This document shows positions 1 through 7,493 of a DNA stretch of 41,487 bases, in pieces (the stretch's first letter is position 1; each line of letters starts with the position of its first letter). The notes beneath the pieces were generated by a model. It did no database searches and was not told the origin of the DNA. It saw nothing but the letters and a program-made list of their open reading frames with translations. The position numbers and the translations under genes are program-made. Location: IMG/VR virus record IMGVR_UViG_3300033555_000011, positions 1 to 41,487 of that record; one strand, 5' to 3'. This DNA is from a virus (taxonomy: Duplodnaviria; Caudoviricetes).

Positions 1-133
1 TGCTAATGGCGACGCAGTGGGCGCTGCTGAATTCTTGTCCACTCTAAACCAGCATGCCATTGATGCGATCTGGCAGCACTTTGACACCGCCACGATTGAC
101 GCAATCACCGCCGTGTGGCCTAAAGGAGATTGA
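1..133 (+). CDS. erf: C-terminal part of ERF-family single-strand annealing protein (continues from 41036..41487 across the junction)
   Basis: The frame is continuous across the window ends: ...RMTAGVA|ANGDAVGAAEFL...VWPKGD*, with stop TGA at 131-133. The next ATG at 137 has an AAGGAG RBS. Confidence 0.85.
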   Translation, partial: ANGDAVGAAEFLSTLNQHAIDAIWQHFDTATIDAITAVWPKGD

Positions 134-136
134 GCC

Positions 137-646
137 ATGACACAACTTTACGTGTTATCCAATCAGTATTTGGAGCTTGCTGACAAGCTATCCAGCTTGG
201 ATCTCGACGCCCAAACCATTGCCGACACTATAGAAGGTAGCGGCATCGGTGACGAGCTGGCAATCAAGGCGCAGGGCATCGAGTACGTGGCGCGCGGAGC
301 AGAAGCGCACCACGGGGCCATTGATGCAGAGATTGCTCGGCTCCAGGCTCTCAAGGCACAGCGACAACGCACCGCCGACGGTTTGCGCGCTTACCTGAAA
401 ACGTCAATGGAACATGCAGGCATTCAAAAGATTGAGTGCCCGTTTTTCAAGATCAGCATCAAGCAAAACCCGCCAGCCGTGGAAGTGACGGACCAACTCA
501 GCCTTCCCGCTGAATACTGGCGCACCCCAGAACCAAAGCCACCTGTATCAGCCCCCGACAAGGCCGCAATCAAAAAGGCTTTGCAATCTGGCGTTGACGT
601 TATCGGCGCTCGTCTTACCCAATCAACCCGAATCGACATCCAATGA
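137..646 (+). CDS. Siphovirus Gp157-family protein
   Basis: N-terminal LY..S..Y, coiled coil (IDAEIARLQALK), then FKISIKQNPPAVEV...PDKAAIKKALQSG..V.GARL. Typical position next to ERF. Confidence 0.85.
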   Translation: MTQLYVLSNQYLELADKLSSLDLDAQTIADTIEGSGIGDELAIKAQGIEYVARGAEAHHGAIDAEIARLQALKAQRQRTADGLRAYLKTSMEHAGIQKIECPFFKISIKQNPPAVEVTDQLSLPAEYWRTPEPKPPVSAPDKAAIKKALQSGVDVIGARLTQSTRIDIQ

Positions 647-915
647 ACAAAACCGAACTTATCGAGTACATCCAGAGCAACACCGGGCTTTCTACAGCTG
701 GCTCTGAACGTGCGCTGCACATTACCTTGCTTGCCATATCCCGCACATTGAGCCATGGCGAGTCTGTGCAGCTGGTCGGCTTTGGCTCATTCCAAATCAT
801 CAAGCGGCCTAAGCGCGTTGGTCGGCACCCGAAGACTGGCGAGGTTATCAAAATCAAAGCCAAAAAAGTCGTGAAGTTTTTACCAAGCAAAGCTCTGCGC
901 GATAGCGTCGAGTAA
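643..915 (+). CDS. HU/IHF-family DNA-binding protein
   Basis: MNKTELI start, GESVQLVGFGSF, RVGRHPKTGEVIKI and VKFLPSKALRD motifs. Confidence 0.93.
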   Translation: MNKTELIEYIQSNTGLSTAGSERALHITLLAISRTLSHGESVQLVGFGSFQIIKRPKRVGRHPKTGEVIKIKAKKVVKFLPSKALRDSVE

Positions 916-949
916 GCGTCACGTCAGCAACCACACGCAGAATCACCCT

Positions 950-1363
950 ATGACCTTTGACAACAACCAAATCTCTACCATCCTGCTTCTGGTCGAAACC
1001 AGCCAATTGCAAGAGCCAGAGCTGTCCGAGGCATGGGCATTACTCAAACACATACAGGATTCAAAAATGGTCAAATCACTTTTAGACCAGTGCATTGCCA
1101 GCGGCCAATTATCAGCGGCGCAGATTGAAGCGCACCGGGTATCAGATGCAGCGCCGAAGTTCGAAATAATTGGCGTGAATACTGAGTTTGTTCCGCTAGC
1201 CCTAGAGGCAACGGCCTATAAAGATCTTTCTGCCTGGTTTCAAGGGCCTCTGCCTGAAATTGGTGACGAGTGCTCTTATGTGTGCATCGGGCGCACGCCA
1301 ACATCTATAAGTATGGCCTTCGTCACTCGCCAACACTTAGAGCAACTTCGGATAAAAAAATGA
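950..1363 (+). CDS. hypothetical protein
   Basis: 137-aa ORF in operon; stop overlaps next start (ATGA). Confidence 0.6.
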   Translation: MTFDNNQISTILLLVETSQLQEPELSEAWALLKHIQDSKMVKSLLDQCIASGQLSAAQIEAHRVSDAAPKFEIIGVNTEFVPLALEATAYKDLSAWFQGPLPEIGDECSYVCIGRTPTSISMAFVTRQHLEQLRIKK

Positions 1364-1818
1364 CCACTGCCATAAACAGTTGGAATCAAGTAGACGGCAG
1401 CACGCGCCACGTAATGCCCGGTCCTTACCCCGTTTGCGATGGCTGCGATTGCGTGGCTGGGTGCAGTAATGTGAAGGATAAAGTTTGCTTGCCTAAAGTG
1501 CAACCACCTACAGCGCAGCCAGTACAACCAGCCGAGATGAGTGACGCGGACCTAAGCGATGACGACGCCCTGCGTTTTGCCCAACGAGTTCTAGCATCTC
1601 CCGGCACGGAGGAAGACCGGAAAACGGCCAGTGATGGGTTGTGGGCTGTCCGTAAGCGCGTGCGTAAGGCGACCATCGCGCAGCCACAGCAAAGCGCAGC
1701 CATGCCAGTGTTTCAGCGGTATGACTGGGATTGCTGCTATTGCATGGGGAAAGAGGAAGACGGCAGGTATGTGCTGTATGACAACGTAGCCGCAGCTTGG
1801 CCGAAAGGCACGGTATGA
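1360..1818 (+). CDS. hypothetical Cys-rich modular accessory protein
   Basis: ATG at 1360 is coupled by ATGA. Contains CxxCxCxxxC and AQPVQP linker; ATGA-coupled to next gene. Confidence 0.6.
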   Translation: MTTAINSWNQVDGSTRHVMPGPYPVCDGCDCVAGCSNVKDKVCLPKVQPPTAQPVQPAEMSDADLSDDDALRFAQRVLASPGTEEDRKTASDGLWAVRKRVRKATIAQPQQSAAMPVFQRYDWDCCYCMGKEEDGRYVLYDNVAAAWPKGTV

Positions 1819-2132
1819 CCGACACAACAGACATGCGCCGGGATTTTGAGGCGTTGGCATTTGTGGTTTTAGGTGACAACCCAACGTGGAGGGAAAGTGC
1901 CGATTGTGAATTTGCTTGGCGGTTTTGGCAGGCCGCAACAGAGCGCGCCGCGCCAAAATGGATAAGTGTTATGGATCAGTTGCCAGAGCCACAGGTGCGA
2001 GTGCTTGCATTTGCTGAAGGGTACAGAGAGCCATGTATTGACGTGTGGTTCGGGTCAGATTTTGAATGGGGTTATTCGCACTGGATGCCCCTACCACCCC
2101 CACCAGCCATCCGGCAAGGCGGTGACACATGA
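1815..2132 (+). CDS. DUF551-domain protein
   Basis: WISVMDQLPE...SHWMPLPPPP is the characteristic DUF551 signature. Confidence 0.8.
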   Translation: MTDTTDMRRDFEALAFVVLGDNPTWRESADCEFAWRFWQAATERAAPKWISVMDQLPEPQVRVLAFAEGYREPCIDVWFGSDFEWGYSHWMPLPPPPAIRQGGDT

Positions 2133-2317
2133 CCCCGGCAATGTTCGCAGCTTACGAAAAGCGCATGGCGGTTGCACAGCGTCGGCGATACAACGACACG
2201 CAAGTTCAATGCATGAGGATGAACGGCGACACGATCAAGCAGATTGCCAAGGCGCTGCACTTCGCGCCATTGACGATTAAACGGTGGGTCAAACGGATGG
2301 GGATACAGCGGCGATGA
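2129..2317 (+). CDS. small helix-turn-helix protein
   Basis: GDTIKQIAKALHFAPLTIKRWVKRMG is HTH-like; ATGA couplings on both sides. Confidence 0.6.
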   Translation: MTPAMFAAYEKRMAVAQRRRYNDTQVQCMRMNGDTIKQIAKALHFAPLTIKRWVKRMGIQRR

Positions 2318-2478
2318 ACACGCAACGCCAAACCCTGACCGACCTACGCCCTCACGCGCAGATAACCTGCATGACCTGCGGCCCCGCAACCAGCGCAGGA
2401 GCCGTTAAATTTCGAGCACTATGGGTATGTGCTGCTTGCACTCTTAAACTGCGGCTGAAGCCCGTTAAAAAGGATTGA
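2314..2478 (+). CDS. small putative zinc-ribbon protein
   Basis: CMTC...CAAC pair; ATGA-coupled start at 2314. Confidence 0.5.
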   Translation: MNTQRQTLTDLRPHAQITCMTCGPATSAGAVKFRALWVCAACTLKLRLKPVKKD

Positions 2479-2479
2479 T

Positions 2480-2713
2480 ATGAAACAAGAAAAACCAGCG
2501 CCACGAAAGGCTAGGGTTATTAAATTCGGAGCTATAACCGTGGCAAAAGATGGGCAATTTATCTTTTCAGATTTTCGCATTGATGGCGAAGGCGAATTTA
2601 CCAATCCTGTGGAGACTATTCTTACGCTAGTCATTGAACGGCTGCAAACAGAGTTACACGAATATCAAAATCGTAAAGTTGACAAGGTAGGGCGCTATGC
2701 AGCTAAAAATTAA
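2480..2713 (+). CDS. hypothetical protein
   Basis: AAGGA RBS; 77-aa ORF in operon. Confidence 0.55.
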   Translation: MKQEKPAPRKARVIKFGAITVAKDGQFIFSDFRIDGEGEFTNPVETILTLVIERLQTELHEYQNRKVDKVGRYAAKN

Positions 2714-3125
2714 ACGCCTGCACCCTGATGCAATCATGCCAACCTATGGTAGCGATGGGGCTGCTTGTTTTGATTTGTATGCGATAAACGCTGGTACGGT
2801 TTGTGAGCCAATAGAGTTTAGAACCGGCTTGTCGTTTGAGATTCCAGCTGGTTACGCCATGATGATCTACAGCCGAAGCGGTCACGGATTTAGTTTCAAT
2901 GTGCGATTAGCAAATTGCGTCGGCGTAATTGATTCAGACTACCGTGGTGAATTGATAGTAAAACTGACCACTGATTACGGCGATTACGCGTTTTTGAAAG
3001 TTAGCCCAGGCGACCGCATAGCCCAGGCCATGTTAATTCCTGTGCCTCGACTAACGCTGGTCGAGGTCGATGAACTCAGCGAAACCGTTCGCGGTGCTGG
3101 TGGTTTTGGCAGTACAGGGACTTGA
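2697..3125 (+). CDS. dut: trimeric dUTPase
   Basis: Motifs ACFDL, SRSG, GVIDSDYRGE, GDRIAQ and RGAGGFGSTG. Confidence 0.97.
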   Translation: MQLKIKRLHPDAIMPTYGSDGAACFDLYAINAGTVCEPIEFRTGLSFEIPAGYAMMIYSRSGHGFSFNVRLANCVGVIDSDYRGELIVKLTTDYGDYAFLKVSPGDRIAQAMLIPVPRLTLVEVDELSETVRGAGGFGSTGT

Positions 3126-3126
3126 T

Positions 3127-3369
3127 ATGAAATTCCAATTGCCAGACGAAGACGATCTTCGTGAAGCCCAAGTAATTGAAACAAACGATTACTTACGGTC
3201 CTTGAATGACAAAGAGCTAAAGGCTGCGGCTGACGAAGCATACGCCGATTTAATCAAAGCGGCTGATGAAGACAATAACTCAGAATGGCACGGTACGTGC
3301 TTTGCAGCCCTGCTTTGTTTTTGTAATGAGTTAAATAAACGAGACATCAAAACGTCAACTATTCATTAG
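3127..3369 (+). CDS. hypothetical acidic protein, last gene of rightward arm
   Basis: ATG at 3127 directly follows the dut stop. Confidence 0.55.
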   Translation: MKFQLPDEDDLREAQVIETNDYLRSLNDKELKAAADEAYADLIKAADEDNNSEWHGTCFAALLCFCNELNKRDIKTSTIH

Positions 3370-3400
3370 GCGGCACTCTCGCCACAGTCACGCATTCACG

Positions 3401-3451
3401 AAGGGCAGCGTTTGCCCTTACTTTCTAGCTCGACGCAATCACGCGGGCTAG
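3401..3451. terminator. hairpins between convergent arms (candidate terminators)
   Basis: AAGGGCA-gcgtt-TGCCCTT (3401-3419) followed by ACTTT, plus CTAGCTCG...CGGGCTAG (3425-3451), in the only convergent intergenic gap. Confidence 0.45.
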
Positions 3452-3457
3452 CATCGT

Positions 3458-3934
3458 TCAGTTTTTGCAGACTTCAGCAACGTAGCTCTGCAAACCTACA
3501 ACTTTTCCTTCCAGTCGGTCAGCCGTTTGGCCCAGCTCTGCAAGAGTCCGCGCACAATTTCCGAGTAGCTCGCGGTCAAGTCCTCCGGTTCCATTAGTTC
3601 CGGCAATGGGGGGGGAATTTGGGCTGGCTGTATCAGCAATGGCGGCTTGGAGCTGGCGCAAGCTGTCATCAAGGCTGATAGCAAGAGCACGATTACTCGC
3701 TTTTTGTTTTTCATAATCAGCACTCACTTTTGTGTTTTTGGTTTGCAGGGTTTGCTCTTTTGCGCGTGCAGCCTGTTCAGCGGCCAGCGCCTGTACGGTA
3801 CGTTCCGTAATGTCCTTGTCCCAATCAGCTTGCACCTCGTCGCGGCCTGTCCGGTAGGCTACACCGTGGCTGATGGCGAAGACCACCACCAGGGCAACCG
3901 CTGCCCAGACACGCCAGTTCAATAGCGCGGTCAC
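3458..3934 (-). CDS. Rz: Rz-like inner-membrane spanin
   Basis: N-terminal TM (WRVWAAVALVVVFAISHG), coiled coil, C-terminal GLQSYVAEVC. GTG start at 3934 is coupled to the upstream TGA; a lipoprotein gene is nested inside. Confidence 0.8.
   Translation of the reverse strand: MTALLNWRVWAAVALVVVFAISHGVAYRTGRDEVQADWDKDITERTVQALAAEQAARAKEQTLQTKNTKVSADYEKQKASNRALAISLDDSLRQLQAAIADTASPNSPPIAGTNGTGGLDRELLGNCARTLAELGQTADRLEGKVVGLQSYVAEVCKN
3496..3714 (-). CDS. Rz1: Rz1-like outer-membrane lipoprotein spanin, nested in Rz in another frame
   Basis: MKNKKRVIVLLLSALMTA-C signal/lipobox and Pro-rich mature part; fully embedded in Rz. Confidence 0.8.
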   Translation of the reverse strand: MKNKKRVIVLLLSALMTACASSKPPLLIQPAQIPPPLPELMEPEDLTASYSEIVRGLLQSWAKRLTDWKEKL

Positions 3935-4047
3935 TTGAATGCCTTTTGCAACAGAGCCATCAAAACGGACACGAAGAACATGATCAGGATGAACACTTGC
4001 ACCACTATGACCAGCGGGAATAGGAGGGCTTGTTTGATCCAGCTCAT
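3931..4047 (-). CDS. 38-aa single-TM protein in lysis cassette
   Basis: MSWIKQALLFPLVIVVQVFILIMFFVSVLMALLQKAFK; overlapping start/stop couplings on both sides. Confidence 0.6.
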   Translation of the reverse strand: MSWIKQALLFPLVIVVQVFILIMFFVSVLMALLQKAFK

Positions 4048-4517
4048 ACGCTGCCAATCACAGCTTGGGCGTGCAACCCTGCCCAGGAATCTATATGGGG
4101 CTTGCCTGGCCTCCAAGTGCGAATGTAGTAAGCCCAAGCACCTTGTACGTCATCTACCTTGGGTAATGGCTTGGGGTCGGTCAACAACAGAAGTCGGCAC
4201 ATCCCAGCGCCCAGCACATCGTCAAATTCCATTGCATTCCACACGCTCATTGGGTCTGGTGCGACGCCTCTGCCAGAGCATAAATGCAAAGCCTTTACTT
4301 TGCTTGCCGCGTGGTTCAACACACCCCGGACGCCGCCGCCTCGCTCAAACTGCCAAAACGATTTGGCTGGCCCGTTGCCCATTTGTCTTCGGTATTTGAA
4401 GCGGGACTCTTGCAACCCAATGGCGAGCACCATCACCCGCGCCTCACGCGAATCAGCCACACAAATAAAATCAAGCGCCGGAGTGTAGGCATCTTCAATT
4501 ATTGCGTCTAAGTTCAA
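4044..4517 (-). CDS. putative endolysin (lysozyme-like fold)
   Basis: AIGLQES catalytic-Glu-like motif, GPAKSFWQFE, YYIRTWRPGKPH; lies between membrane proteins and Rz. Confidence 0.7.
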   Translation of the reverse strand: MNLDAIIEDAYTPALDFICVADSREARVMVLAIGLQESRFKYRRQMGNGPAKSFWQFERGGGVRGVLNHAASKVKALHLCSGRGVAPDPMSVWNAMEFDDVLGAGMCRLLLLTDPKPLPKVDDVQGAWAYYIRTWRPGKPHIDSWAGLHAQAVIGSV

Positions 4518-4963
4518 GGTGTGTCCTTTGGGTCTAGTGGTTTAGCGTCTTGCTTTACAGCGTGTGCATCGAAGCGAGCTTTGATGAAGTCAACCATCCA
4601 AGTCAATGCCGACTTGCCGTGCCAGCCAGCCATCAGGATACATCCTACACGGACCTCTGAGGCAATAGCGTAACCTGATCCACGCAAGCCCTGTACCAGC
4701 ATGAATGCGGCCATCCCAGCCACTGCGGCGTGGAATAGGTTCCAGGCAAATTCACCCGCTACCACGCGCACGGTGCGTGTGTCACCCTGCCAGCTCATGA
4801 TTGATTTGATCGACCCACCTAACAGAGCAAACGTCAACGCCCAAAACTTCAGGTCCGGGTCATAAGCGCCCATAAATTCAGCCATCGTTGCAGCTTGAAC
4901 TGCATGACCAAAAGCAAGGCACCACATCGCAAAAGCGAAACCTCTTATCGTGTTCCGCTTCAT
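4514..4963 (-). CDS. putative holin
   Basis: Several hydrophobic segments and a charged C-terminus; immediately upstream of endolysin. Confidence 0.55.
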   Translation of the reverse strand: MKRNTIRGFAFAMWCLAFGHAVQAATMAEFMGAYDPDLKFWALTFALLGGSIKSIMSWQGDTRTVRVVAGEFAWNLFHAAVAGMAAFMLVQGLRGSGYAIASEVRVGCILMAGWHGKSALTWMVDFIKARFDAHAVKQDAKPLDPKDTP

Positions 4964-5412
4964 TTTCTGGCCCGATCTTCGTTTTCTATCTGGTCTTGAT
5001 TGATGCCGTACCCCAAAATACCAGCCATCACAATTGCCATAACTCCGTTAAATGAAAACAGGATAGTGGCAACCTGGTAATCAAGATTCCGCGAAAGGTA
5101 GGCCATGTACATCCAAATCACGCCGCCCATGATTAAACCCCGGCACGCCCATTGCGTCCACATATTCCGGCTTGCCATGTTTGGCCTAAACAAGCGCATA
5201 AGGACGTAAGGCACCACCAATAGAGCAGATACACAAAACATCAATGCAAGCCCTTCGGGCCATGTAGCCAGACGTGCTACCGTTCCAATCACCGACCTGG
5301 GCTCGCCATAAATCCACATTGCTGGACTGATAAAGTTTTTGGCTAAATCAATTGCCAACAATGCGGAGATAAATCTAACGCAGATTTTGGAACGAAGCAC
5401 GTTTCCAATCAT
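4960..5412 (-). CDS. four-TM membrane protein (holin/antiholin candidate)
   Basis: About four hydrophobic helices; first gene of the lysis cassette. Confidence 0.5.
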   Translation of the reverse strand: MIGNVLRSKICVRFISALLAIDLAKNFISPAMWIYGEPRSVIGTVARLATWPEGLALMFCVSALLVVPYVLMRLFRPNMASRNMWTQWACRGLIMGGVIWMYMAYLSRNLDYQVATILFSFNGVMAIVMAGILGYGINQDQIENEDRARK

Positions 5413-5414
5413 GA

Positions 5415-7274
5415 TTAATCACCCACCCATGTGGTCGTCGGCGATCCGGTGTAAGTCAGTCGGATCTGAGCCCCGGCCGGTACGCGGACATGGCCTGTTG
5501 TCACGCCGGTAGTGACAAACCCGCCGCTCCCGTTAATCTCAATGACGGTGATTGTGCCGCCCACAATATAGACCGATGCGTCAGTACCGAATGGGTTGGT
5601 AAGCGCTACGCCTGTGGCTGGTGTAGTCACCACACCCATGAAGGCGCGGGGGTTGAATCCCTGGTTGTCGTGCAGCCGCTTGCTAACGCCTGTGCCCTGA
5701 TCGTTCAGGCTCGATGTTCCGTTTTCACGCAAATCGTTTGCCAACAGCTGATAGCTGTTTGATGCGCCAGCGGCAACGTCAATGCCGTGCTTCTGGACGC
5801 CGGATCCAACTCCCACAAGGTTGCCAGAGCGTGCATTTTTGACCGAGAAGCCGGACACACCCGGAGCGACCCGAACGCCAGAATAAGTGTTAGCAGCGCT
5901 TTTTGAGTTACCGGAAAACAACCCGCCGTTAACGTGAACCTCTGCGGCTCCCGATATATTCACGCCGTGGCGCGCATTGTTAAACGCTTGGCAGTTGGTC
6001 AGGAAGTGGCCTGTGCCGTTGCTCAATTCAAAACCTGATCCAGCGCCTCCGGCTGTAGCGCCCCAGCAAGTGTTGTAAAAAACACCAACTACGTCGCCCT
6101 CAGTAAACCATCCGCTTGATGCGTTGGTATCACAAAGCACCTGACTGAAAAACAGGAACTCAGGCCGTGGCGTACCAAATATCGTATTACTGAAGCGCAC
6201 ACCCGTGGAGCCGTGCGTGTAGTCGCAGTTTGATGCGTAAACCCCGCTAACCCCGCTGTCAACAACAAGTCCGACCTTTGTTGTGTTGCCTGAAGTACCC
6301 TCACCCAAAACGCCATCGATGAAAATATCAATTGTCGTGGGCGTGGTTCCTGTGCCCTGTAGGTAGATGTCTGCCAAACCAGAATTTCGGATGTAGCTCT
6401 TACCCTTGATGTGAATGTTGAAGCAGTTCTTTACGAAGATTCCGATATACGGAAGTTCAATCTCAAAGTCCTTGACTTGGGTGTGTTCGGCGTCTTCAAT
6501 GTGGATCGTGCTTCCCGAGGCCTGGGCGACTGAGTGAGTGAATCGCCCACCGTGGATACCAGAGCCTCGGCGCTTGCCGCCAGTAGGGCCGCCCGGCCCA
6601 GCTGTGCCGCGTATAACAAAACCGTTGCCTCCCACGCTGGTTTTGCGGAACGTGGCGCCGTAGCCTTCAATAATGATCCCAGCGGTTGCGTCAGCCGGGT
6701 AAACCACCGATGTGTAGTTATAGGTCTTGCCGTTCCCAGCCTTAATTACACCGCCACTTGTTGACAGCGAAGTAACCGCCGCAGTCATCGCCGTAGTATC
6801 GTCAGCCACGCCGTCACCGATTGCGCCAAACTGTTCAAACGTTTTCCACTGCCGAAGCACGGATTGGATGTTCAGCGCGATAGCGCCAGTTCCAGAGGCT
6901 GAAAACCCCACCAGCGCAGAACCTTTTAATGGATCCAACGCAGAGCTTAAATCTGTGCGGATTGAAGCGATACCGGAATTCGTGGTGATGCTCAGCGCCG
7001 CTGTATCGTCAACCACCCCATTCACCGTTCGCACAACGCTGTTATCTGCCCTGGCAAATTCAAGCGTGTAAGCGCCAGAGCCCAAAACCATCAACGCTTC
7101 GCCACGCGCATTTAGAATAACCGGGTTAGTGTTCTGTACGGTTTGGGCGGTATCTGAAAAGGTTGTCTTTAGGGTTAGAGTGCCTGACTCGTAGGTGAAT
7201 ATTTTCCCGCCGACAAGCGGAAGTCCTGCATCGTCAGAAACTGCGATTAACGGTAGTGATTGAAACGCTGCCAT
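5415..7274 (-). CDS. tailspike with pectate-lyase-like beta-helix
   Basis: N-terminal virion-attachment domain (GLPLVGGKIFTYESGT...NPVILNARGEA), FGAIGDGVADDT motif, and G/N/S-rich beta-helix repeats. Confidence 0.85.
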   Translation of the reverse strand: MAAFQSLPLIAVSDDAGLPLVGGKIFTYESGTLTLKTTFSDTAQTVQNTNPVILNARGEALMVLGSGAYTLEFARADNSVVRTVNGVVDDTAALSITTNSGIASIRTDLSSALDPLKGSALVGFSASGTGAIALNIQSVLRQWKTFEQFGAIGDGVADDTTAMTAAVTSLSTSGGVIKAGNGKTYNYTSVVYPADATAGIIIEGYGATFRKTSVGGNGFVIRGTAGPGGPTGGKRRGSGIHGGRFTHSVAQASGSTIHIEDAEHTQVKDFEIELPYIGIFVKNCFNIHIKGKSYIRNSGLADIYLQGTGTTPTTIDIFIDGVLGEGTSGNTTKVGLVVDSGVSGVYASNCDYTHGSTGVRFSNTIFGTPRPEFLFFSQVLCDTNASSGWFTEGDVVGVFYNTCWGATAGGAGSGFELSNGTGHFLTNCQAFNNARHGVNISGAAEVHVNGGLFSGNSKSAANTYSGVRVAPGVSGFSVKNARSGNLVGVGSGVQKHGIDVAAGASNSYQLLANDLRENGTSSLNDQGTGVSKRLHDNQGFNPRAFMGVVTTPATGVALTNPFGTDASVYIVGGTITVIEINGSGGFVTTGVTTGHVRVPAGAQIRLTYTGSPTTTWVGD

Positions 7275-7301
7275 CTTTTTTGTCTTTCAAGCCTAAAAGG
7301 C

Positions 7302-7493
7302 ATGGGGTTTATTTTGGATTCAACTTTTTACGGTGCGCTGGGTTTGGGTGTAGGTATTGCATTAAAAACACTGTTCTATTCGCATTTTATGCAATGGCTG
7401 CGTAACAAACCAAATAACAAACTAGCTCAACTACTTCTGTACGGCGAGCGCCGCACCGCCAGCAGCAGCACCTCCACCAGTAAGCCGCAATAA
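7302..7493 (+). CDS. small membrane protein on strand opposite the virion operon
   Basis: AAAGG RBS before ATG 7302, N-terminal TM (FYGALGLGVGIALKTLFY), AT-rich; fills the gap between ejection and tailspike genes. Confidence 0.55.
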   Translation: MGFILDSTFYGALGLGVGIALKTLFYSHFMQWLRNKPNNKLAQLLLYGERRTASSSTSTSKPQ

